64,000 bases of DNA from an uncultured euryarchaeote (GTDB lineage: Archaea; Thermoplasmatota; Poseidoniia; Poseidoniales; Poseidoniaceae): the NCBI GenBank assembly GCA_937892945.1, contig CALBIL010000073.1, forward strand, positions 1,470 to 65,469, in the 5' to 3' direction. This document shows positions 44,173-52,439 of the stretch, in pieces (within the stretch, counting starts at the first letter, position 1; each line of letters begins with the position of its first letter). Position numbers and translations under genes: made by a program. The notes beneath the pieces are model-generated. The model did no database searches. It was given only the letters and a program-made list of their open reading frames with translations, and had not been told where the DNA came from.

Positions 44173-46202
44173 ACGCCCGACGTGAAAAACTGGCTTTGGC
44201 ATTGAAGTTGGCAAAGCAGCAACTCAATGAAACCGGTACTGGGCTCCACAAAGTCACTGTTCAATCGAACAAAAACTCACAACCCTCTCTCTCGAAAATG
44301 AATCGGTTAATTGGCAAACAGGACGTTCAAGATCAACGCCAAGGAACACTTCTGCAACGGACCGGTATTGTCGAGCGGCCGACATTCGATGTCGTTGCGG
44401 ACAAAGTACTCGGGAAAGAAAGTAAGCGCAGAAGGCCCGCACTTGACCTTACCACAAATGGAGATTCTCTCGCAGATATCGCTGCTCGGCGCATACGTTC
44501 TTTGCGACAGCGAACCTATGAGCAAATTGAACAAGGTACTGAAGAAACTGAAGACGGTTATTTTGGAATGGAAGAGGATGGACGCCCAGTTTGGGAACGT
44601 ATTCTCGACGACCAACGAGGACGTTTGACAGTGACCCTACCACCCGAATTAGCGCCTGTTGATTCAAATTCACCGTTCCACCATGAGGTCGTGGTCCCCA
44701 CCGAAGGGGTTTGGCCCCCACGTTTGCGACCAGAAATCCGCATGAGTTTCAAGCAATGGTTCATCACAGATGAAAACTTTCGCGCTACCCAAGCTGCGGA
44801 AGCTGTTGTTGATTCACCAGGAGGTACACTCAATCCATTGATGTTCGTTGGCCCTTCTGAAACTGGACGCTCGCATCTTCTTCATGCAACTGCACAGGCA
44901 GTCCTGCGTCGTCAAGAAGGGAATGTATACCTCCTTTCAACTGCTGATTTATCCGGCCTTGAACGCTTACCCGATGGTTGGCAAGATACACTGGTGAATG
45001 CAAGGTTACTTGCGATTGACGACCTTCATGAGCATGCGCAAAAACCAGAACTGGCCCATGAACTTGGAACGATGCTTGATTATGCACTCAACATGGGTGT
45101 TCATGTCCTTCTCTCTTCCAATTCGGAACCAGACGATTGGCCAGCATCGCGCTTGTGGGAGTTAACTCGTCATGCTGCTTCAGTTCACCTTGAAACTCCA
45201 AAATCTGCAAGCATGGTCTTGTATGCTCGGAACTTAGCTCAAAAGAAGGGCTTCATGATGGATGATGGACAACTCACAAGCATTGTATTACAAGATACAA
45301 TTGGATGGCGAGCGACCAAAGCAAACTTCGATTTAGTCGCCCTCGCCCTTCAGTCTGGCCAGAGCGTTCTCGACGGTGATGATGTGACTGCATTGCTTTC
45401 AAACCAAATGAATCTCCGAGAACAGATGGTCCCTGATGTGCGTGAAAATGTCGAAGAGATTGCAGCCCGTTTGGTTACTTCTGCAGTTGATACCATTTAC
45501 AGTGACACCGTACATGGAGGTATTGACCTGTATTCTGAACTTCCTGAAATTGGAGACGACTTGTATCAACCTCCTGAAATTGATACCCAAGCACTCACCG
45601 AAGATTCCGATGCACGCCATGCCGCTTATCTCAAAATAGCGCTCGAAGATACTGAACCTGCTGCGTCTTCGGTTCTCGCCTTACATGAGCGGGAAGACCA
45701 CCTTATTACGCGTAAAGGCCACATTGAGGAGCGAGACCATGGGCTTGCTGCTGACCTACTCACAGAGTTAGATCAAGCATTTGATTCACAAATACATTCT
45801 TTTGAAACTGATATGCGTCAAAGTTCCCTTCAACTCGCTCAGATTGAAGCAAAATTGGTCAACATGGCTGACAGAACACCAGAGGCATCACTGGATGAAT
45901 TGATTTTGATTGCCGATGAATTACGGGCACTGGAAGAGAACCTCATCGAAGTTGACCCTGAGCACGAGCCTTGGCCAAAGATGGAATCGGAAACCCCTTC
46001 AAAGAAAAAGCGTAAAGTTGGTCGCCGAAAATCAACTCCACCTGTGGAACCTTTGGAAAGTCATGAACCTAAAGGTGAATGGAACATTGATGCCAAAGAT
46101 GTCGACATGTCCGACTTACTTGAAGCTGGAGAAAAACCTCGAAAAATACGACTCGGACGAATCAATTCCCACGAAAAAATCCTCCGAGGTGAGGAGAAAT
46201 GA
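44169..46202 (+). CDS. DnaA/Hda-like AAA+ domain protein with degenerate Walker A, flanked by low-complexity/coiled-coil arms
   Basis: 677 aa. The ATG overlaps the upstream stop (ATGA). Residues ~192-400 track DnaA domain III: SFKQWFITDENFRATQAAEAVVDSPGGTLNPLMFVGPSETGRSHLLHA, LLAIDDLH, and ELGTMLDYALNMGVHVLLSSNSEP...RL.ELTRHAASVHLETP. The Walker A reads GPSETGRS (K to R, T to S). There is no DnaA domain IV. Confidence 0.7.
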   Translation: MNARREKLALALKLAKQQLNETGTGLHKVTVQSNKNSQPSLSKMNRLIGKQDVQDQRQGTLLQRTGIVERPTFDVVADKVLGKESKRRRPALDLTTNGDSLADIAARRIRSLRQRTYEQIEQGTEETEDGYFGMEEDGRPVWERILDDQRGRLTVTLPPELAPVDSNSPFHHEVVVPTEGVWPPRLRPEIRMSFKQWFITDENFRATQAAEAVVDSPGGTLNPLMFVGPSETGRSHLLHATAQAVLRRQEGNVYLLSTADLSGLERLPDGWQDTLVNARLLAIDDLHEHAQKPELAHELGTMLDYALNMGVHVLLSSNSEPDDWPASRLWELTRHAASVHLETPKSASMVLYARNLAQKKGFMMDDGQLTSIVLQDTIGWRATKANFDLVALALQSGQSVLDGDDVTALLSNQMNLREQMVPDVRENVEEIAARLVTSAVDTIYSDTVHGGIDLYSELPEIGDDLYQPPEIDTQALTEDSDARHAAYLKIALEDTEPAASSVLALHEREDHLITRKGHIEERDHGLAADLLTELDQAFDSQIHSFETDMRQSSLQLAQIEAKLVNMADRTPEASLDELILIADELRALEENLIEVDPEHEPWPKMESETPSKKKRKVGRRKSTPPVEPLESHEPKGEWNIDAKDVDMSDLLEAGEKPRKIRLGRINSHEKILRGEEK

Positions 46203-46666
46203 GAGCCCCATGGTGGATGAAAGGCGTCGCCTTTTCATGCCAATCAAGTTGCGGTCGATGTTGTGATGAACCCGGTGGGATTGTCTATCTCTCCATTGCA
46301 GATGCTGAACGCATCTCTGCAGAACATGAAATGAATGTCGATGACTGGCTTGAACGTGATTGCCGTCAAACGCTTGATGGGCGTTATGTGTTGAACAGTC
46401 GCCCAGAAGATGGAATCTGTATTTATTTAGATGAGAAGAAGCAATGTTCGATTTATGCAGTTCGTCCGCAGCAATGTGCAGCATTCCCATGGTGGAGTGA
46501 AAACTTAGCAACTGACAGAGCGTGGAATAAAGTGAAAGAAGCATGTCCAGGAATAGATGCAGATGATGCAATTCTGATCGATGGAGAAACAGTTCGAATC
46601 CATGTATTTGCTGACCGTGAGTCAACCAAAGGATTCCGTTCGTGGCCGCCTCACAATAAAAGGTAG
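46199..46666 (+). CDS. YkgJ/UPF0153-family Cys-cluster (zinc- or iron-chelating) protein
   Basis: 155 aa. The ATG overlaps the upstream stop (ATGA) and is preceded by GAGGAG. The motifs FSCQSSCGRCC and GICIYLDEKKQCSIYAVRPQQCAAFPW match the CxxCxxCC-domain family. Confidence 0.8.
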   Translation: MRAPWWMKGVAFSCQSSCGRCCDEPGGIVYLSIADAERISAEHEMNVDDWLERDCRQTLDGRYVLNSRPEDGICIYLDEKKQCSIYAVRPQQCAAFPWWSENLATDRAWNKVKEACPGIDADDAILIDGETVRIHVFADRESTKGFRSWPPHNKR

Positions 46667-46773
46667 ATTCTCAATTTATCACTCATAAGACCCCTTTTCG
46701 GGCTTTATCGATTACTGAGTGGAGAGCCGTCTTTATACGAAAGATGTATGTGGGAGGTATCGAAGGGGATACA

Positions 46774-47940
46774 ATGGCTAAGAATGAGGTGCTTTTGGAA
46801 GTTACAGAGAAGCATCTCAACACGGGTCTACGAGGCGTCCCAGTCGGCACCTGTCGAACCTCTTTCGTCACACCTTCCGAAGGTGTGCATTATTGCGGCT
46901 ATCCAATTACAGAATTGGCGAGTTTCGAACCTGAAGATATCATTTATCTCCTGTTCAACAAAGAACTCCCAACGCCTGAACAGTCAGTAGCAATTCGTCA
47001 AGACCTTGCCTCTCGTGCTGCTCTTCCTGGCGACCTTGAATCGGTCCTGAAAGCCCTACCTAAATTTGGCCACCCAATGGATTGGTTGAGTGTTGGCATC
47101 CATACACTTGGTATGCTTGAAACAACCAATGATTGGAAAGAAGATGCACTCAATCTCATTGCACGAATGCCTCGGTTGATGGGACTCATCTTCAGAATTC
47201 GAGAAGGTCGAGAAGAAAACATTCCTGCAGATGACACCACTCTTTCAATGGTGGAGCGTTTTGTGCGAACACTGGATTTACATGATGCAGATGATGAAAA
47301 AATGAAGCAAATAATTTCAACATACCTCGTCCTTCACATGGACCACGGCGGCGGTAACCTCTCCACCTTCGCAGGCAAAGCTATTGCTTCGAGTAAGGCT
47401 ACAGTATACTCTTCAATGGCAGGTGCAATGAATGCTTTATCAGGACCATTACACGGCCGTGCAAACCAATCATGTTTGGAATTCGTTCTCAAAGTTGGAA
47501 CAAGTGACCCGGTTGAAGTAGAAGCATTTGTTCGAGCAGAACTGAAAGCAAATCGGCCCATTTTCGGCTTTGGCCATGCTGTTCTTCGTAGTGAAGACCC
47601 TCGCGCTACGGTACAATTTAAATTGGGATCTGAAATATGCCCCGATGATGAAAACTTCAAGATCGTTACAACTCTACGGGAAGTTGCCCCTCGTGTTTTA
47701 GCTGAAAATCCAAAAATAAGCAATCCAAATGCCAATGTTGATATCGCAAGTGGTGCATTATTACATCACGCTGGTTTGACAGACCCTACGTATTACACCA
47801 CGTTCTTCGGATGGGCACGTGTTGCAGGAATCGGTGCTCAAATTGTCGATGAACGTAGCGTGTTCCGTAATGGGAAGGGCACACCAATATACCGTCCAAA
47901 GTATATTGCTGAAGCACAAACATTGCGTCATGTCGAGTGA
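46774..47940 (+). CDS. gltA: citrate synthase
   Basis: ORF 46744..47940, with the internal ATG at 46774 preferred. It reads GLRGVPVG.C.TSFV....G.HYCGYPI.ELA, HMDHGGGNLSTF, GPLHGRANQ and GFGHAVLRSEDPRA (catalytic His/Asp contexts). Confidence 0.93.
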   Translation: MAKNEVLLEVTEKHLNTGLRGVPVGTCRTSFVTPSEGVHYCGYPITELASFEPEDIIYLLFNKELPTPEQSVAIRQDLASRAALPGDLESVLKALPKFGHPMDWLSVGIHTLGMLETTNDWKEDALNLIARMPRLMGLIFRIREGREENIPADDTTLSMVERFVRTLDLHDADDEKMKQIISTYLVLHMDHGGGNLSTFAGKAIASSKATVYSSMAGAMNALSGPLHGRANQSCLEFVLKVGTSDPVEVEAFVRAELKANRPIFGFGHAVLRSEDPRATVQFKLGSEICPDDENFKIVTTLREVAPRVLAENPKISNPNANVDIASGALLHHAGLTDPTYYTTFFGWARVAGIGAQIVDERSVFRNGKGTPIYRPKYIAEAQTLRHVE

Positions 47941-47943
47941 AGT

Positions 47944-49092
47944 TCACTCGAGTACTGGTCGTGACGTTTTACCAGAGCCTCGATGTCCAATGAGGCGAAT
48001 CGCTTCCCATGGCGGCGATGCTGAATTGGATTGTTCAAGAATGTCCGATGTTGGTTTCTCCCATTGCCACTTCTTACGCCACATCTCTACCAGTTCACTT
48101 CGGCGAGACGCGTCACATTCCGACCAAGGAATCGTTTCACCTTGGAGTTCGCGTATGATCTCTTTGTGATTTTCTTCTGTTGCTTGTTCTAAGGTGAGTT
48201 GCTGAATGGAATCCAAAGGCCGTGAACCCGGTTGATTCCAACGCGCATGACCAGAAGGAAGCCAAGTGACATCGGGGTCCGAACAATCGGTAAGGCCCGT
48301 GAGGCCCGCACCAAGTACATCATGTTCGACATTCAACGATGTTGGCCATACATAAATTGGAAAGCCTCGTTGATTCGAACTCAATCGCGCTGCTTTCGCA
48401 CCATATAACCCACCGGCAAAGCCCAGCGGAATATGGCTTATTGGAGGCATAAAATAGTCAATTGCACATGGAGACATCGAGGCACCAGAGCGACGATGCG
48501 TTGTAATCAATCGTGCAATCGATGTTGTAAAAAATTGGATACTTCCCCTCATGCGCTTGGTGTAATGCGTCCCAAACGGTGGGATGTAGGGCATCAATTC
48601 TGCCCACGGTCGATGCGAACCCGAGGATTTGACTGAGGCTTTCATGCCCCGGTGGAAGGAATAGTACACAGTATTCTCTGATGGAATCTCAAACTCTTCA
48701 AGTAAGGATTCAGTTTTCTCCATCATCGACGATACATGTGAAATATGCTGACGCTTACCAAAAACCCCACCACCATACAATGCACTCGGATGAGGCCGTT
48801 TGAATTCAATGCAACCCATTTTACCTCGAGCTCTCCACTCTTCTTGGATGCCTGTATCCTCGAGCATTGAACGGAAAGAAGGAAAACCAAGTGCAGTCAA
48901 TTCATCAAGAGTGTGGTTCTCGACCCATGAAAAGTCGTGTGGCAGTTTGGATTTGGGAACTGAGACTTTCGCATCATGATGAATGATTAATTCCTGATCT
49001 TGAGTCATACGAATATCAAATTCAATACCGTCATTGACTTGAATACCATGCCGAAGACTTTCAACAGTATTCTCGGGTGCCTGTTGCCACAT
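47944..49092 (-). CDS. glycerophosphodiester phosphodiesterase (GDPD)-like protein, apparently circularly permuted
   Basis: ORF 47944..49104(-). The track start is TTG and the first ATG is at 49092. The N-terminus opens directly with WQQAPENTVESLRHGIQVNDGIEFDIRMTQDQELIIHHD (GDPD minus its first strand). The barrel ends near VWPTSLN...GLTGLTDCSDPDV. The extreme C-terminus reads IRLIGHRGSGKTSRPVLE, which is the missing HRG strand. Confidence 0.75.
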   Translation of the reverse strand: MWQQAPENTVESLRHGIQVNDGIEFDIRMTQDQELIIHHDAKVSVPKSKLPHDFSWVENHTLDELTALGFPSFRSMLEDTGIQEEWRARGKMGCIEFKRPHPSALYGGGVFGKRQHISHVSSMMEKTESLLEEFEIPSENTVYYSFHRGMKASVKSSGSHRPWAELMPYIPPFGTHYTKRMRGSIQFFTTSIARLITTHRRSGASMSPCAIDYFMPPISHIPLGFAGGLYGAKAARLSSNQRGFPIYVWPTSLNVEHDVLGAGLTGLTDCSDPDVTWLPSGHARWNQPGSRPLDSIQQLTLEQATEENHKEIIRELQGETIPWSECDASRRSELVEMWRKKWQWEKPTSDILEQSNSASPPWEAIRLIGHRGSGKTSRPVLE

Positions 49093-49115
49093 GAACTTCA
49101 CCAATTTGCCCGAGA

Positions 49116-50669
49116 ATGAACTCCCTTCTAAGGCCTATCCTCGAAAGACGAGAACTCTCAATGTTCTTTGAGAAGTACCCTTCATCCGAACTCCCAATCA
49201 TAATGCCTTATATCAACCGCCACCGCCCCTTGAATATGGACCCCTACCAAATCATGATGGGGATCATTTTACTGCTCACTCCGGTCATTTGCTGGTTTTT
49301 CACCTCACATGACATTTCAATGCGAACACCGTTCAAGAAATGGTTGCAGACCATTCATGATCAGCGCTATTACTTGCACGCAATGGGATACATTGTCATT
49401 GTTAAATGGAAGTCTATAACTGACAAATTGAATGAACCAATCAAACTGAAAACAGGACATTGGACAGAAACCATATACTCACTCGAAGGTGACCTTACGT
49501 ATCACATTCAACAATTCTTTCTCAATGACACCCTTACTACATTTTTGAATTTCCATTATTTGTTCATTTATTTGTTTTTGATTTACGTCACTACGGTTTA
49601 CTTTGCCTATTCTGGTGACCGCGACATGACCGATAAAGTCACATTGAATTACTTGCTGATTTATGCTCTTGCAGTTCCGTATTATTTGTTTTTCAATGTA
49701 GAAGTAACTTCTTCATGGATTCCTGGGATGGAAGCGTTACTTTACCATGAAGGGTGGTACAGTGTATTTTACGCAACCCATGACCCACTCGACAATGCAG
49801 TTCCATCTCTACATGTAGCAATTCCTTTTGGCATTCTAATGTTAAACTACTTACATGTCAAAGAAAACGGTGGAACCATCAAAGAATGGCGACACTATCG
49901 TTACCATATGTTTGTTCTGTTCAACACAATACTGTTTATGTTCACCATCTTGTATCTTGGAATCCATTGGTTTGTCGACATCCCGCTGGGAATGCTCATC
50001 GGAGGGGTTGGCGCCCTGTTTATTCATCACCTTCAGCCACGATTACGAAACGACCATGGGAGCTTCTTCAAAGGGTTTACCAGCAAGAAAATCCGACAAC
50101 ATCTCCTTGTTGAAGGAGTGATTACTTTACTCATGTTGACGACCATTCTTATGGCAGTTCAAGTTCAGACCAATACGATTGATGAACGTGTCTCATACCA
50201 ACTTGGCCCAGAAGACTCTCGATTTGAAATTATTCAGAAGTTTGAACCAGGTATGGAGGTACATTCGAACGTGACGAATCTCGACTCCTCATTGACCATG
50301 GAGGTGGTGGTTATCATGGTTGATCTTGCTCCACCTGCAATGGAGAATGGTTCCATTGATTGGGCGGTTGCGCGTTCTCTAGGTGAAGTGTACACTGTTG
50401 AACCCCTTTCGACTCTTCAATTGGTAATTGATTCACCAATGGTATTCCACTACATTATGATGCACAATCCGAGCGATGCTGATTCTGGTGATGTCATACA
50501 AGTTCGTGTGCTGAACGATTACCATGCAGACCAAATGGGTCAAGCAATATTCCTTTCACTGGCCTCGTTATGGATGACTGGCTTTGTCATTAATCGTATT
50601 CGCCGATTGAAAAAGTACCATCGTAAGTTCTACGATTCGACACCATCCCACCTTTGGGAACAAGAATGA
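49116..50669 (+). CDS. PAP2_3-like integral membrane protein with ~170-aa C-terminal non-membrane domain and terminal TM helix
   Basis: 517 aa. Motifs DNAVPSLHVAIPFGIL and YLGIHWFVDIPLGMLIGG give the same S-x-H ... H-x-x-D arrangement as 13242..14000. Later in-frame ATGs exist at 49161 and beyond. Confidence 0.6.
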   Translation: MNSLLRPILERRELSMFFEKYPSSELPIIMPYINRHRPLNMDPYQIMMGIILLLTPVICWFFTSHDISMRTPFKKWLQTIHDQRYYLHAMGYIVIVKWKSITDKLNEPIKLKTGHWTETIYSLEGDLTYHIQQFFLNDTLTTFLNFHYLFIYLFLIYVTTVYFAYSGDRDMTDKVTLNYLLIYALAVPYYLFFNVEVTSSWIPGMEALLYHEGWYSVFYATHDPLDNAVPSLHVAIPFGILMLNYLHVKENGGTIKEWRHYRYHMFVLFNTILFMFTILYLGIHWFVDIPLGMLIGGVGALFIHHLQPRLRNDHGSFFKGFTSKKIRQHLLVEGVITLLMLTTILMAVQVQTNTIDERVSYQLGPEDSRFEIIQKFEPGMEVHSNVTNLDSSLTMEVVVIMVDLAPPAMENGSIDWAVARSLGEVYTVEPLSTLQLVIDSPMVFHYIMMHNPSDADSGDVIQVRVLNDYHADQMGQAIFLSLASLWMTGFVINRIRRLKKYHRKFYDSTPSHLWEQE

Positions 50670-50690
50670 CATGACCCATGAGTGTGTGTT

Positions 50691-51527
50691 ATGAGGGTCC
50701 ACCTCGTGCATACATCAATGGCAGAAGGTGAACGATTGGTCAATGCAGTTGATGAACTGCTTGATTCACCAGGTGGAGAAATTCTCGCTTCACTCCAGTT
50801 GTATCTTCGAAAAAGATTCAAAATGCTTGCTGTGATTTTTGCTCTGGGCTTCATTGCCACATTTCCACTAACAAAGAATGTCATTGCATGGCTTATTGAC
50901 CCAACTCGATTACCGATTGATGTCGAGATTATTGTGATTACTCCAGTTGAGTTCATCCTACTCCAAGTCCGGCTCGCTGCACATGTGGGTTTGTTGTGCA
51001 TGGTCGTGGTGTTCTTAACCGAAGGAAGTTGGCAGGCAAGCAAACATTTAGCAGTTCGTCAACGATTAGCAGAACTGAATATTCAATCCCCTCGGCCAAA
51101 CAAAACCTTGGTTACAACCTTACTTTTTGCCCTTCTACTCTTGGCAGGCGGAATCTATTATGCATGGTATTGGCTCATCCCAATGCTTCTTGAGTATTTG
51201 ACAACGGATGCGCAAACTGCTGGTTTGGCAACAGAATGGAGACTGACAAGTTACATTGGATTCATCGCCAATTTAGCCATTGCATCAGCCATTGGATTTC
51301 AAGCACCACTGGTGACATTACTCATCTTGAGAATGGAGATTGTTGGTCGAACGACGGTACGCTCGTATCGAAGACACATTTGGTTTGGTGCGTTTTTACT
51401 GGGAGCATTTCTTTCGCCTCCCGATCCACTCTCACTCTTCTTGGTGGCAATGCCGGTTGTGGTCTTGTTTGAGATCGCACTTATGATTGACGCATTTTCT
51501 CGGACTGAGACTGCAATGAACTCTTGA
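50691..51527 (+). CDS. tatC: twin-arginine translocase subunit TatC
   Basis: ORF 50682..51527 starts at GTG, with ATGs at 50691 and 50718. Six TM segments follow a TatC-like pattern (LRKRF....FALGFIATFP, TPVEFILLQVRLA, GGIYYAWYWLIPMLLEYL, YIGFIANLAIASAIGFQAPLV, AFLLGAFLSPPDPLS). Confidence 0.85.
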   Translation: MRVHLVHTSMAEGERLVNAVDELLDSPGGEILASLQLYLRKRFKMLAVIFALGFIATFPLTKNVIAWLIDPTRLPIDVEIIVITPVEFILLQVRLAAHVGLLCMVVVFLTEGSWQASKHLAVRQRLAELNIQSPRPNKTLVTTLLFALLLLAGGIYYAWYWLIPMLLEYLTTDAQTAGLATEWRLTSYIGFIANLAIASAIGFQAPLVTLLILRMEIVGRTTVRSYRRHIWFGAFLLGAFLSPPDPLSLFLVAMPVVVLFEIALMIDAFSRTETAMNS

Positions 51528-52395
51528 GAGAGGCCGGTAAAGTCACGGTTGGAACTGCCATTCGACCTGGAGTGTGATTGTACAGCGTCCCGTGGAAATC
51601 AGAACCGCAGGTCACAGAAAGGCCTGCAGCTTTGGCTGCGGACCAGAGTTGGAAGCGGTAGGCGTCACTGTGGCTTCGATGAAAACATTCAATGGCATCA
51701 ACGCCAGATTGAAGGCAAAAGGCTACTAAGGCATCCGTATCAATGCAATAATACAACGGATGAGCGAGCGAAGTGAAGCCTCCAGCTGCATGAACGGCTG
51801 CACAAGCTTCAGCAATGCTGGGTTGAGGGCGAGAGATATGAGCAGGTTTTCCATCACCAATCCAGTTGTCAAAGGCTTCTTGACGTGTTTCGATATATCC
51901 CAAAGCCATCATTTCATCTGCGAGGTGAGGTCGACCAACTGAATCACCGGAACGTGCGACAACTGCATTGAAGTCGACAGGCATTCCAAGTTGGTTTAAC
52001 TTCTCAATCATGGCGAGCATACGTGGAATTCGCCCTTCGCCTAAGGGTGCCAGCCATGCTTGGAATTCGAGGTGTTGCTCACTTTGAAATTCCATGGAAG
52101 GGAAATAGGCTAACAGATGCCATGAATCAGAGGCCCGTTCTTGATTTCGAAGTTCAAGGATGGTTGCATCAGCGGATAAACCTGGCATGCACGTGAGTTC
52201 AACACCAGGAATAAAGATGAGACCGTTTGCTTCTGCAGCAGTTCGAGCAGCATCCCATCCAGATATGGTGTCGTGGTCGGTGAGAGACCAATAGCGGACA
52301 TTCGATTCAGACATCATCTGTGCAACATCTTCAACAGGATGCTGACCATCACTGTTTGTGGAATGGCTATGAAGGTCAAACTTCTCAGTCCACAT
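51481..52395 (-). CDS. PHP-domain phosphoesterase (TrpH/YciV family)
   Basis: ORF 51481..52407(-). The track start is TTG and the ATG is at 52395. MWTEKFDLHSHSTNSDGQH...LTDHDTISGW...GVELTC...SLAHP...IECFH...GSDFHG carry the PHP metal-ligand motifs. The 3' end overlaps tatC by 47 nt (convergent). Confidence 0.85.
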   Translation of the reverse strand: MWTEKFDLHSHSTNSDGQHPVEDVAQMMSESNVRYWSLTDHDTISGWDAARTAAEANGLIFIPGVELTCMPGLSADATILELRNQERASDSWHLLAYFPSMEFQSEQHLEFQAWLAPLGEGRIPRMLAMIEKLNQLGMPVDFNAVVARSGDSVGRPHLADEMMALGYIETRQEAFDNWIGDGKPAHISRPQPSIAEACAAVHAAGGFTSLAHPLYYCIDTDALVAFCLQSGVDAIECFHRSHSDAYRFQLWSAAKAAGLSVTCGSDFHGTLYNHTPGRMAVPTVTLPASLKSSLQSQSEKMRQS

Positions 52396-52439
52396 GTAAC
52401 AAGCCAAGAGTCCAACCTCTATTGAAGTATGGAAATAGA

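Noticed and set aside
46002-46019. KKKRKV read as a genuine nuclear localisation signal or a sign of eukaryotic or viral origin
   Set aside because: A six-residue basic patch inside a Lys/Glu-rich arm is expected by chance, and the genomic context is prokaryotic. I kept it only as a curiosity.
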